In this document: piece after piece, positions 12,951 through 26,897 of the stretch
How the letters are laid out: each line of letters opens with the position of its first letter
Numbering within the stretch: the stretch's first letter is position 1
Source: Octopus sinensis
Taxonomy: Eukaryota
Reading direction: 5' to 3'
NCBI RefSeq assembly: GCF_006345805.1
Contig: NW_021833931.1
Location: forward strand, 1-54,018
DNA length: 54,018 nucleotides
The notes under the pieces: generated by a model
Seen by the model: the letters and a program-made list of their open reading frames with translations, nothing else
Databases searched by the model: none
What the model was told of the DNA's origin: nothing
Position numbers and translations under genes: made by a program

Positions 12951-13026
12951 ACGTATACAGATACACTTTCTTACTTTCATAAGCTATCTCTTTATCAGTT
13001 GACCTATACACATATTGGTGTATATA

Positions 13027-13060
<34 letters not shown>

Positions 13061-13147
13061 ACACAAAAATACACTCACAGAAGTACACACATACTCACAC
13101 GCACACATGCAAACACATACACCTGGGAGAGTGTGCTTGTGAGCGTG

Positions 13148-13178
<31 letters not shown>

Positions 13179-14610
13179 TGTGTGTGTGTGTGCGAACATT
13201 TATTCAATATTGAGCCAAGGTGAGTCACAAGGATAGGCCTACATGAAACCAGGTGTGCAAGTTTAATTCATCTAAGGGAGATATCTAATCACTGAAAGTG
13301 CAGGAAAACTCAACAGGTAGTCTTGACTGTGATATTTGAAATTCTATGAGAATTAAACAATCGGAAGGAATGGACTTCAAATATTATGTACAAAGCGTAT
13401 GAGAACGAGAATGTGGGTATGTGTGTATCCGTATATTTGTTGATATGTACGAATGGAACACGAGCACACTGAATAATGTACTCCAAGATACAAAAGGTGA
13501 TAACTGATTGAATGATATTGCACATTGGTCTACAGTTATAAGTTTCAGCTTCAGCTAGCCAACAACAACAACACACACATTTATGAACACAATTATATAA
13601 ACACACAGAACATAACTATATGCATAATACGTGTGGAATTCGGTTAGTACACTTTTTGCGAATATAAGAGGAGTGGGTTCGCTTCTCATGCGTACTAATA
13701 CCCACTGTATTACATCGAGGGTTTATATGCACCAATATTGGCTATTTTCTTTAGGCAGTGCTAGGTGATTGCGTATAAAATTAAACCTTATAATAATTAT
13801 TAGTATTATTTACTCATACCATATACATAATATATGCATACATACATACATACAGGCGTTGAAAATGGAGTTTCTAAACGATCTTCTACACCTGTATTTG
13901 TATTTATGGGATTGTGTGTGTGTATGTATATCAGTGTTCAGTTTTATTTTAAGATTTCATTCTCCATTGACAAGAAAGCTAGAAATAAACTGAACAAGGA
14001 CATAAGTACATACACACACTCATATGTATAAACATACAGGTGCAAAGGACCGTTTAAAAAGTTCGTTTTGAATAACCTTCCTCTAGAAATATGTTGATTT
14101 CTCCAGCCTAAATGGGTAACTGTTTTATCTGTCCAATAATTAATAAGAGAAACACTTTTTACTTCCCAACGTAGCGTTATCCTGAACAGATTTTAAAATA
14201 TATATCTACAACACGTGGAATTTCGCTGATGCGATTATGACTAAAACTATCACCACCACAGATGAAAATAACAATGTCACCAGCGATGCAACATTGTACG
14301 AGTTGGCAGTAAGCTCCTCAAGAAGTACTCTCTTTCTGATGACCTCTTATCTGGATAGTTCGTACAAGTGCAATTTGAGAATGGAATAGTATAAATATGC
14401 AAGACTTTTGTCAAGTTCCGCAGGTGAATTTGTTTGTTTTAACTGCATTCCAAAGATGGAACCTTGTATCTTTGTTGGAAACCGGCTCCCGGCTCTGTGA
14501 AAGATTTATAATAATTAAAATATAGAAGAGATATACATACACACGCATACGTAGATAAATATAATTCATACACACACACACATACATATGTAAGAATGAA
14601 AATGCACATT

Positions 14611-14689
<79 letters not shown>

Positions 14690-15031
14690 CATACATAGAC
14701 ATAGATAAAAAGACAGACAGTCAGACAGACAAATACATAGATAGATATCTAAAATAATAAGGGTGAAAAATTAAATATAATTTGATTAATATCAATTTAA
14801 AACTGGTATATTTTGCATATTTTTATTTGTCTTCCTCGCTTACGTTCTGGCGTTTGCTAAATTTTCTTGAGAACATTCGTTTCTTAGTGGTAAAACCATA
14901 GGGGGTCGACTTCTAGCATAATGGATGTCCACTTAGCAGTCATCCTTCTTATATATAGATAGATACATAGATATATACATGCATACATACATACATACAT
15001 ACATACATACATACATACATACATACATACA

Positions 15032-15062
<31 letters not shown>

Positions 15063-16037
15063 GAGTGTGTATGTGTGGGATTGCATTCAGGCAAAGCAAA
15101 TTGGTTATGAGGTGTACAATCATGATGTTTCATTTTTGATCTTCATCAAATTTATTTTAGGTACTCGCATGTTTAACATATCGTCTGCTTAATGTGAATT
15201 TCGCAAGTCAGACAAACATCACCGAAGAATCACATTACCGACATTTGCAGCCGACACGTAGGAGTATAATACCATTTCCTTTCTTATTTATTCGCGAGAT
15301 ATTACAAAGACATCTTCTGCAATTAGATTGCAAAAGTGTTGAACGCATAATGTGAAGTTATGAAGCGGCCATGAGTCCAAGGTAGGCTTCACTTCAAGTA
15401 TCGTGTTCATTTTCAAGATTATGCTAAATAGAATCGTGCTCAGTTTTTGTGGTATTCAAAGTAATTTTCTCTCACTGGTCTTTGCTGAGATACGTCAGTC
15501 CTTCATATCTAGGCTCATATGTCAGATCATCTGGAAGCAAGTGTTTCTGTAGAATTCATTTTCCATGCGCACTATGCTATTCACTTCGTTTTTGCACAAT
15601 GACGGTCATGACTTGTATAATTATGAGTATTAAACACGGATTTTCTTGTGAGTGAAACCAGTCATAGGGAAGCGGTACAATCTTAAAACGTGAATGAGAA
15701 GAGCTGCACAGAGTAGTGTGAGCTATGGTAGGAACGCTATTGTAGCAGGAATGCGTTAAAGTGCATGTGACATTCTATCTAACTATATATATATATATAT
15801 ACAAACATATATATATATTTTATCGCATATATATATATATATATATACATGTACCATATAAATATATATATATATACACATATACATATATATATATATA
15901 TATATACTTAAACACATATACATACACATATACATATATATGCGTATATTCATATATATATATATACGTGTATATATGTATATATATATTCACGTATATA
16001 TATACATACACGTATATATATATGTATGTATATACAC

Positions 16038-16089
<52 letters not shown>

Positions 16090-16525
16090 ATACATATGCA
16101 TATATAGTCATATGTATATATATATATGTGTGTAATATATATGTATGCATACATATATATGCATACATATACATAAAAGACTTAAGTATGTTTGCTTATT
16201 ATATGTGTTGACGATATATAAATAACTATTTATGTATAGTATGCAGAAGGGACTGTTATTTGTAAGAGGAAATGTGTGAGTATGTGTCCATGTGATTGTG
16301 TGCGTGTGACTGTGCATGTGTATGTACGTGTACGCATGAGCATCTGATTGTATGGACGTGTTTGTACTTAGGTGTTCAAACACCAATTTAGTAGTGATAT
16401 ATAAATTTTATACTGCTGAATAAAACCACTAGAGCAGCTCTCTCTCTCTCTCACACACACATACAGACACACCCACACCCACCCACACTCACACACACCC
16501 ATATACATATATATATATATACATG

Positions 16526-16557
<32 letters not shown>

Positions 16558-18149
16558 TGTATGTATATGAATATATATATACCTACATACAAACATGTAC
16601 ATACGCGCTCGCACATACATTAGATTCCTGAAGAACACCTAATTATAAAGTCTTCTGCAAAAGCCTTTTTATAACCATATAAGCTATTAGAGTGACAATT
16701 ATATTAAAACTATTAGTAAAATGCTGAAGAATAACGTGCCAAAAGCAAATTCCACTGAAGAGAATTGATACTAGATTGTTGACAATGTAAATATAATTAT
16801 AAAACCATTAAGCAATTTATTGAGTAAATGGAAAAGGGTACAGTACAGGGAATTAATATTTCACGATATTTTTACACAAACATCGCAAAAGTTAGCTGAA
16901 AGAAATGACGAAAGAAATTATGTTTCTTTTTTTTTTATTTATTGTAGGGATAGGTAGTGGAGGAATACTGATATAGAAGTATCAATAAATGGAAATTTTA
17001 CTAAATGGATCAACAAATACAAAAATAATAGATACTAACTACGGATATTGCTGTCATAAAGCCATAAAACTTATAATAGATAACACATTTTAAATTATAT
17101 ACGTTCATTTCCCCATAGAAAAATCGAATTTTAATGGAGTTAAATTGCAGTTCTCATCTATCAAAGCTATAGTTATAATTTTTTGAAATTACTAGATTAT
17201 CAACAAGAGACATATTAGATACCTAATCTACATCAAATTCGTAATGACTACCATAAAACTGTAATTTATAGTTTTAAAAGTAAATAAATTGAAATATATA
17301 TTCAAATACATTAATGATCTAATCAAAATTAATAATCTACTTTTACACAAAACGTACAATGAAATGAATATACTTCATACTGAATAAATTATTGGCACTT
17401 TCCGCTTGTGCTCGATCACCTAGAAACCTCTTTCAAATTATACGCTAGTATCTTACAAATAAGGAAATATCTTCGTGCATAATCTAATACAATGTATCAT
17501 ATGATATAATGTAATCTTGCGTACTTTCTAAAAACACAGGTTTCTCTGAACAGGCTTGTATCGTTGGTCTCTTCAAACAGGATTGACTAGTATAACTAAA
17601 CAACAAAAACAACACCCTTTATTATAGTAACAACAAAACTAGTTTCAACTTATCCAGGACTAATTATATTTCAATATTTGAATGTCAGTATAAAACTAAC
17701 TCACCAATGTATTTATAATACAATGAGAAAAACGAATTATTATTATTGCTTCAATGTATGAAAAAAAACCTACTTTGGTGCTTTGGTTTTAAATGAAGAA
17801 AATATCTGATACAAGGGACTACGTTGCCGGTCACTAAGCCTAGTATATACACTTACACTTACTTCTTTTGTTAACTCTCCTGCCTGTTCTCTCTTTCTCT
17901 GAATGTCTTTATTTTCTCGCTATAATACAATGGAGAAATCAATCAACCAACAAAAGTTTCTGTCGGATACATATACGTGTGTGTATATGTGTGTGTGTGA
18001 GTATGTTATGTGTGTATGTGTGTGTGCGTAAATCATTTTTATAAAGTATTGTGGCAGAGCAATGTATCAAAGAATTGATTATGACTACTCTTGAATGGAA
18101 TGACTGCCTATAAGGTAAGCAACTCATAAAATGTCCACTGTGTTCGACC

Positions 18150-19250
18150 TTATTTTGTACAATATTTTAGCAATTCAAATCTATGGATCTTTTCAACCAG
18201 CAAAACCACAGCCTTTAATCATGGATATATAAGAATCACTGGCAGAAGATCAAGATAAATCTGTTCGGTTTAATATCAATTACGTGAGCCGTAAGGTATT
18301 TGCGTGGTTGATGTCCATAAGCTTATAAAGTAGCTGGTTATCGCTTGGTCTAAGATTAGTGCAACTAACCATGAAGTTGTTTCATACCAGAAAATGGGGC
18401 TGTTTTCTCGTCGCTGTAATCAAGGCAAACATTGACTAGATTAATGCATTCCAGGTTTTTCGGACGATTAGCATAATTAAAATACATTTATGTATCCTGT
18501 ACGAAATACAGGACGCATAAATAAGAAATCTATTTATGAATTCCAAATAGAAGTCCTCGTTGCTTAATACAGTTTTGTTTTCTATTATCGAAGCAGCTAT
18601 GCCATCGTTTAGATATTTAAGGATTAATAACAAGATATTTCCGAACATATACATATATACGAAGGTACGCACATCATCACATATATTATGTATCAATAAC
18701 ATCAACATTATTCTGACAAGCATTCCAACACAGTTCGTGGACAATGTTTAAGTATTCTATATAAGTATTTCAACGCGGACTTGAATGAAATCGCTGAAGT
18801 TTTGCCAAGTCTGTACATCTCCTGTGATTTCTCCTCCAAGTGATCTAACTGCAATTTAAAAGAGACCAAACCGTTCTATACTCCCAATTCTTTATTTAGT
18901 TATTTCTTTATCGAATTATCTCTTCTCTTTAATGTTGTTATGAGGAACTCTCTGAGGCATAATCTTGTTATTTAAGCAAACTAGTGTAATATGCAAATTG
19001 TGGATAATTTCAAATGATGAAAGGACTTATTGACACGTAAGACTGTCCCGCATCGAATATGATAATATTGCCTGTATATTTACACGTAAAATGTCAGTAA
19101 CGCCATTGTTAATCATTTCCTCCTATCGCTGGCTGCGGCAGATTGCGCAGAATGATGAGATCGATCCTTCCACAGTATTCGATTTTTGGCAAGAACATTC
19201 CAGGAAACGATGTCAAGACCTATTCATACTGAGATGTTATCTCTCCATCT
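18150..19250 (-). pseudogene. Possible highly decayed L1/Tx1-type reverse transcriptase remnant
   Basis: ORF 18436-18744 has ICDDVRTFV (like YADDxTxF) followed at plausible spacing by GIAASIIENKT (like SGLKINxxKS); weak. Confidence 0.3.
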
Positions 19251-19699
19251 CTTCGGTTGCCGACGTCTGTTTTTCTATACATTGTTAAGATATCTTACAT
19301 TTTTTACTTTTAAAATAAAATGACCCTAATGAAATAAACAGGCAGATCAACGGCATAAATGTTGATAAATAATTTAGGGGATGATGTACTGAATGAGGTA
19401 AGCGAGAATTCCCAAATTTTCCGGGTAATTGAAATTTACTCATTAGTTGCAGAAAGAGTCAAAAGTTAAGTGTAAATGTTAGTGACACATAATGAAAATG
19501 GGAGATAATTTCCTGAAATTAGATGCAAAATTCACCGGTGGTACTGCGATATTGGGTTCGGAATACTATGGAGCGAAGTACGAACAAAGAATATTGTCTG
19601 CTACCAGAAATATCCAAAAGGTCGATGAAACAGTAATAGAATTCGAGGACAGAAATAAGGGTGACAGGATAAATGAAGGATGTTGGAATTAAGAACGTT

Positions 19700-20482
19700 G
19701 GTTACTGCTGACAACCAGGGACGAATAACAAAGAGTGCTTCTGTAGACTCTGGAAAATATGGAACTCAGTACTGTCTACATTTAACAAGGCCATGTCTTA
19801 CATAGCAGTGTCTGTGCTAGTACAAACATTTTGATTAATGGACTACACTCGATGAGATACACAACCTGGACATCAAAACCAGAAAGTTACTGATCACTGC
19901 TGGTAACTTCCACATTCACAGCGACACCGATAGACTCTATGTGAGACAAACTGATGGATGTAAAGGCATAAGTTCCGTCCAAACATTATATAGTTCAAAC
20001 AATACATGCTAAAACGGCAAAGAAAGAGTATATTCCATGCAGAGATGGAGAACTACTGTGTAGGTCAGTGCTTTTCAACCGTTTTGCAGGAGCGGAACCC
20101 CAAGGAAACATTCCACTGGCTCGAGGAACCCATGTGCAATAATTTAATAGTCTTATGCACACGTATCTGCACAGGAGACTTACAAATTACTGCCGATTGT
20201 AGCAGTTTTGGTAACTTGCGGAACCCCTGGACTGTACAGGCGGAACCCTAAGGTTCCGCGGAACCCTGGTTGAAAACCACTGGTGTAAGTAATCTGAGAG
20301 CACAACTATCTCATGTGCCCAAAGTGCAGCTGGACTGACCTACCTATATAGAAATTGACACTCTAGGCATAACACTAACTTGAACTTCTAACTTGTTGTC
20401 TCTTGAGGTCTCTGAGTGAGACTTGCTGTCAGCTTGTACAAAATAAAAAGCAAAAATACTAAATAAAAAGCAAACATCAAAC
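19700..20482 (+). mobile_element. R4/Dong-clade non-LTR retrotransposon remnant (RT thumb region and 3' end), interrupted by a hAT MITE
   Basis: About 19850-19990 translates EIHNLDIKTRKLLITAGNFHIHSDTDRLYVRQTDGCKGI (like LDRKTRKLL...HPKSDVDRLY...GGRGL); the 3' part runs into a (TAA)n tail at 20483. Confidence 0.7.
20066..20282. mobile_element. hAT (Charlie/Buster-type) MITE
   Basis: TIRs CAGTGCTTTTCAACC / GGTTGAAAACCACTG; 8-bp TSD GTGTA(G/A)GT at 20058-20065 and 20283-20290; subterminal GGAACCC repeats. Confidence 0.9.
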
Positions 20483-20586
20483 ATAATAATAATAATCATA
20501 ATAATAATAATAATAGTAATAATAATAATAATAATAATAATAGTAATAATAATAATAATAATAATAAAAATAAAAATAATAATAAC

Positions 20587-20647
<61 letters not shown>

Positions 20648-20656
20648 TAATAATAA

Positions 20657-20955
20657 AGGCCCTGATACAGTAAGAGGCAGTGGCTCTCTATTGTTCATGT
20701 CAGTAAGCTCAGTCTTGCTGAGTTCTCTCATAGTATCTTTTGCTTCTATGATCTTCTCAAATTCTGTCATATCCATTCTGGTGTTCTTGAGGTAGGTCTA
20801 CTTTCTCCTCGTTTTCGGCATATCTCTTCTTCGCTATTCTTTCTTCAGCTTCTTCTATGGGATGAACTGCTCGTACACTGGCTTCTGTGCATCTGTTACC
20901 TATTTCCTTTGCATTGCTGCTGTTTTCATTTGGTCTCTCATGGGATGTTCCTTTC

Positions 20956-20958
<3 letters not shown>
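20657..20958 (-). mobile_element. 3' end of a non-LTR retroelement (possibly RTE-like) with (ATT)n tail
   Basis: Minus-strand terminus GAGAGCCACTGCCTCTTACTGTATCAGGGC then (ATT)n, nearly the same terminus as the 21230-21786 element; decayed coding-like sequence upstream. Confidence 0.55.
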
Positions 20959-21019
<61 letters not shown>

Positions 21020-21128
21020 GTTGTTGTTGTTGTTGTTGTTGCTGTTGTTGTTGTTATTATTGTTATTGCTGTTGTTGTTATTATTATTATCATCGTCGTC
21101 ATCATCATCATCATCATCCTCATCATCG

Positions 21129-21183
<55 letters not shown>

Positions 21184-21185
21184 TA

Positions 21186-21217
<32 letters not shown>

Positions 21218-21229
21218 CATTATTATTAT

Positions 21230-21785
21230 TGAGTGAGCGAGCAGAGCATGCCATCAAAGTGACACTGGGGTAAAAATATACGAAGCCCAATATACCCATC
21301 ATGATTACCCGTCTGATAAGGGTACACCAGGCACATGCATCACAACCATATGTGCGCGACATGGTGATCTCATATCAAGGTAAACAGCACATGACCTTGC
21401 AGGTGGGGCCCTGTTAGAATTTACTTCAGGTTGAGTAGCCCATCCCGCTCAAAAGGTCCCTGAATAAGGGTTGTTTAAGGATGTTGAAAGAACCACCCAT
21501 GTTTCCAGAGGTGAATTATTCCAACCCCAAAGAATCCCTCTCAATACATGGCTATGATGCTCCCCCACTACTTCTGCTCGTGATCAGAGATGCACATATC
21601 GTCAACCACTAAGGGACATGCTCAACTGGTTAAGATCAAACAACTGACAAGCAAATCTGTGGTATTGAGCAGAATATTTGCTGTAGCCCATCTTTTATAC
21701 CAAGACAAAACAATGTACATGATAACACTTCCAATCAGTTAAGATCAGAAGCCATGAGAGCCACTGCCTGGTACTGCATCAGGGC

Positions 21786-21786
<1 letters not shown>
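21230..21786 (+). mobile_element. Non-autonomous retroelement inserted in (ATT)n
   Basis: About 560-bp complex block between ATT arrays ending GAGAGCCACTGCCTGGTACTGCATCAGGGC(ATT)n; no ORF. Confidence 0.7.
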
Positions 21787-21866
<80 letters not shown>

Positions 21867-21871
21867 CATCA

Positions 21872-21935
<64 letters not shown>

Positions 21936-21955
21936 CATCATCATCATCATCATCA

Positions 21956-21998
<43 letters not shown>

Positions 21999-22021
21999 TA
22001 TTATTATTATTATTATCATCA

Positions 22022-22081
<60 letters not shown>

Positions 22082-22105
22082 TATTATTATTATTATCATT
22101 ATTGC

Positions 22106-22161
<56 letters not shown>

Positions 22162-22166
22162 TATTA

Positions 22167-22198
<32 letters not shown>

Positions 22199-22206
22199 TA
22201 TTATTA

Positions 22207-22242
<36 letters not shown>

Positions 22243-22244
22243 TA

Positions 22245-22279
<35 letters not shown>

Positions 22280-22289
22280 GTTATTGTTA

Positions 22290-22339
<50 letters not shown>

Positions 22340-22915
22340 CTACGGAAACATGCACAGGAGCAAACAATCATGCAACCATACACACAGAGATGCATACACA
22401 TAAACACAGAGATGCACATGTACACTAACACACAGTGAGAAGGCGTATTAGAGACATGGATAGAGATACGAGGAAGAGAGAGAAAGAGAGATGTGAATGC
22501 AAACACACACAACACATAAATCGTTAACTGAATAAATAAGTACACAAATAACTAAATAAATAAATAAATACATTTGTAAATAAATAGATTATGATGAAAG
22601 ATAGAGGGAAACATGTCATGCAATGCAAGCTTCAGAAATAATCAGAGAGAGAGAGAGAGAGAAATGGTGGACGTGAACGAGTACTGGATGTGGTGGGGGA
22701 GACTGTATGAAGTAGAATGGTTGATGCCCTTAGACTTTGATCACTCACAGCTGTGACAGGAATCAGATCTATCGGTACTGAATCACCTCGCATATAATGC
22801 TGCTTCTGGCTTACGTCAAACTAGATTTTATTGAACGCGGGGTCCGTAGCGGTAATGGAAGTTTTGCAAGAGGAAGGTAAGCCAGAAAGGAAAGCTACGA
22901 GGCCTATGTGTAGAG

Positions 22916-22954
<39 letters not shown>

Positions 22955-22967
22955 ACAGCAGCAGCAT

Positions 22968-22999
<32 letters not shown>

Positions 23000-23646
23000 T
23001 TGATGGTGGTGGGGTTGGGTGCTGTTGGTGCTGGTGGTGACGATGGTGGTGATGGTGGTAGTGATGGTGTTGGTGGTACAGAATCGGCAACATCGACAGC
23101 AGCAACGGCAGCAGTGGTGGTGGTGGCGACGGTGGCTGCAGAGCGGTGGAGGGGCGGCAGCGGCAGCGACGACGGGGGTGGCGACGGCAGGGTCTATGGT
23201 GGTGGTGGTGGTAGTGGTGGTCGTTGTCAGCGGCGATGGTGGCGGCGGCGTCAGCGGCAGTGGAAGCTGCGGTAGTAGTCGTGGCGGCATTGATGGCGGC
23301 GGCAGAAGATATACTCCATAAACATTGCCCCTACCAGACCTTTGGTAGGCCAACTAAGAATATTCAGATTATAACTGAGGAAAACAACAAAAAACCATTC
23401 ACTAGTTTGGGCAAATGTAAAATATTGATTACGGAAATTTTCACGAACATTCCTTGAAAAATCATCTGGCAAATGTCTTTCGCAGATCGAGCGAGCGCCT
23501 AGAAGCCACCAGCAAAATGGCACGTATGGCATTGCGGCGATGATCGTGGCAGCTGTGGTCTTCTCGCGGCGGTGTTTCTAATTGTGATGGCGGTGGACGT
23601 TGTTATATGTTTTGGATGACGGTGGATGCCGATGCTGGTGGTCGGG

Positions 23647-23698
<52 letters not shown>

Positions 23699-25576
23699 CA
23701 GCAGCAGCAGCAGCATCAGCAGCAGAGGCGGAGGAGGCGGCGGAGGCGGTGGAGGCAGCGGAGGCGGTAGAGACGGTGGTGGCGGCGGCGGCGGCGGCGG
23801 CGGTGGTGGTAATGGTAGTAGTAGTGGTGGTGGTGGTAGTAATGACAACAACAACAACAATAATAGTAATAGTATTGGTGGTGGTGATAGTAGTAGTAGT
23901 AGTAGTAGTAGTAGCTGTTGTTGACTTAATTGGGTTTTTAGAGATAGTAACGGCGTTAAGTCGTATCGGTAAGAACGCTTCTTGCTTAGAATATTATGGC
24001 GGGGCGATGTCAATGAAGATAGATTGTTTATGAAGATGGCAATAAAAACGGTATAAATGATGATGGATATATGATGGTGGCGGTGATAACATGACGAGAA
24101 TAGTGGTGGTGGTGGTGGTGGTGGTGTTGATGTTACCCCCCCCCATATTTGTCATCTGAAGCTGATGTTGATGATTTGAAATATTCACTGACTGGATGAA
24201 AACTGACAGTAATTGGATGTATTATCAAGGAGATAGTTGTTTGTCATTTAGGCGACAGTAGTAGTAGTAGTAGTAGTAGTAGTAGTTAGTAGTAGTAGTA
24301 GTAGTATTAGTAGTAGTAGTATTGATGGTGGTGGGGTTGGGTGCTGTTGGTGCTGGTGGTGACGATGGTGGTGATGGTGGTAGTGATGGTGTTGGTGGTA
24401 CAGAATCGGCAACATCGACAGCAGCAACGGCAGCAGTGGTGGTGGTGGCGACGGTGGCTGCAGAGCGGTGGAGGGGCGGCAGCGGCAGCGACGACGGGGG
24501 TGGCGACGGCAGGGTCTATGGTGGTGGTGGTGGTAGTGGTGGTCGTTGTCAGCGGCGATGGTGGCGGCGGCGTCAGCGGCAGTGGAAGCTGCGGTAGTAG
24601 TCGTGGCGGCATTGATGGCGGCGGCAGAAGATATACTCCATAAACATTGCCCCTACCAGACCTTTGGTAGGCCAACTAAGAATATTCAGATTATAACTGA
24701 GGAAAACAACAAAAAACCATTCACTAGTTTGGGCAAATGTAAAATATTGATTACGGAAATTTTCACGAACATTCCTTGAAAAATCATCTGGCAAATGTCT
24801 TTCGCAGATCGAGCGAGCGCCTAGAAGCCACCAGCAAAATGGCACGTATGGCATTGCGGCGATGATCGTGGTAGCTGTGGTCTTCTCGCGGCGGTGTTTC
24901 TAATTGTGATGGCGGTGGACGTTGTTATATGTTTTGGATGACGGTGGATGCCGATGCTGGTGGTCGGGGTAGTAGTAGTAGTAGTAGTAGTAGTATAGTA
25001 GTAGTAGTAGTAGTAGTATAGTAGTAGTAGTAGCAGCAGCAGCAGCAGCATCAGCAGCAGAGGCGGAGGAGGCGGCGGAGGCGGTGGAGGCAGCGGAGGC
25101 GGTAGAGACGGTGGTGGCGGCGGCGGTGGTGGTAATGGTAGTAGTAGTGGTGGTGGTGGTAGTAATGACAACAACAACAACAATAATAGTAATAGTATTG
25201 GTGGTGGTGATAGTAGTAGTAGTAGTAGTAGTAGCTGTTGTTGACTTAATTGGGTTTTTAGAGATAGTAACGGCGTTAAGTCGTATCGGTAAGAACGCTT
25301 CTTGCTTAGAATATTATGGCGGGGCGATGTCAATGAAGATAGATTGTTTATGAAGATGGCAATAAAAACGGTATAAATGATGATGGATATATGATGGTGG
25401 CGGTGATAACATGACGAGAATAGTGGTGGTGGTGGTGGTGGTGGTGTTGATGTTACCCCCCCCCATATTTGTCATCTGAAGTTGATGTTGATGATTTGAA
25501 ATATTCACTGACTGGATGAAAACTGACAGTAATTGGATGTATTATCAAGGAGATAGTTGTTTGTCATTTAGGCGAC

Positions 25577-25610
<34 letters not shown>
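22968..25610. repeat. Near-identical 1.32-kb tandem duplication of a GGT/GGC/AGT-rich low-complexity block
   Basis: About 22990-24265 recurs at about 24312-25585 (offset 1320-1322); identical ORF pairs in the track; junctions lie in (AGT)n. Confidence 0.95.
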
Positions 25611-25639
<29 letters not shown>

Positions 25640-25856
25640 TGTAGTAGTAGTAGTAGCAGCAGCAGCAGAGGTAGAGGCGGCGGAAGCAGCGGTGCGACGG
25701 AGGTGGCCGCGGAGGAGGCGATGGAGGCGGCAGAGGCGGTGGTGGTGGCGGCGGTGGTGGTGGTAATGGTAGTAGTAGTGGTGGTAATGGTAGTGGCAGC
25801 AACAACAACAATACTAGTTATAGTATTGGCGGTGGAAATAGTAGTAGTATTAGTAA

Positions 25857-25894
<38 letters not shown>

Positions 25895-25912
25895 CTAATG
25901 GTGGTGGTGGTG

Positions 25913-25948
<36 letters not shown>

Positions 25949-26347
25949 ATGGTAATGATTATAGAAATAGTAGTGGTAATGGTAGTGGTGGTGGTGGTGA
26001 TGGTGTCTGTAGTAATTGTAATAGTAAGTAGTAATGTTGGTGGCAGCAGTAGCAGCAATAACAGTGTTAGAAGTGGTAGTTCCAAAAGGAGACGGGCATT
26101 TGGTTTGTTGTCTGCGATGATCATGAAGAAAAAGAAGAGAAATGATATTGCTGGTGAAAAGAACTGCGACGATTTCTACCATAGTGAGATGATAATGTTT
26201 GTATTTTGGATGACGACATAGTTTCAGATTGTGATGAATACGAATTGGTGTTTGTGGTGGGATGCGATGGAGGACTTGCAGTAATTCAACTTCTAATTAC
26301 TGGGGATGACGTTAAAAGTGGAAGTAGAATGTGAAGTGCTCAGTATA

Positions 26348-26765
26348 TGTTTCTTTATTACCCACAAGGGGCCAAACACAGAGGGGGACAAACTAGGACA
26401 GACAAACGGATTAAGTCGATTACATCGACCCAAGTGCGTAACTGGTACTTAATTTATCGACCCCGAAAGGATGAAAGGCAAAGTCGACCTCGGCGGGATT
26501 TGAACTCAGAACTTAGTAGCAGACGATGTACCTATTTCTTTACTACCCACAAGGGGCCAAACACAGAGGGGACAAACTAGGACAGACAAACGGATTTAGT
26601 CGATTACATCGACCCCAGTGCCTAACTGGTACTTAATTTATCGACCCCGAAAGGATGAAAGGCAAAGTCGACCTCGGCGGGATTTGAACTCAGAACGTAA
26701 CGGCAGACAAAATAAGGCTACGCATTTCGCCCGGCGTGCTAACGTGTCTGTCAGTTCGCCGCCTT
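26348..26765 (-). mobile_element. Tandem (about 1.8-mer) SINE family B inside a single TSD
   Basis: Full copy at about 26530-26765 plus a head-less copy at 26348-26527; perfect 16-bp TSD TGAAGTGCTCAGTATA at 26332-26347 and 26766-26781. Confidence 0.9.
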
Positions 26766-26897
26766 TGAAGTGCTCAGTATAGTTAAGTTATTGGTGATTG
26801 CTGATAAACAGTTATAATGTTTAGACGTCAGAAATTTACGGATTCAACCTACTGTTATGTTTCTTGAAGTTTGGACATTGAGTGTTGATGATCAATT

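Larger units (their letters stand above)
20483..22336. repeat. Compound trinucleotide microsatellite field: (AAT)n 20483-20655, (ATT/GTT/ATC)n 20958-21229, (ATT)n 21787-22336
   Basis: Direct reading. Confidence 0.95.

Noticed and set aside
16620-17400. Possible LINE 3' coding remnant in A-rich sequence
   Set aside because: Too degraded to recognise any motif confidently
23607-23924. Gly/Ser-rich ORF as a structural protein
   Set aside because: Pure trinucleotide-repeat sequence; the duplicate copy is frameshifted; no signal peptide or splice support
22968-26781. CRISPR-like array or prokaryotic operon
   Set aside because: No constant repeats with unique spacers, no gene-dense prokaryotic organisation; eukaryotic repeats only
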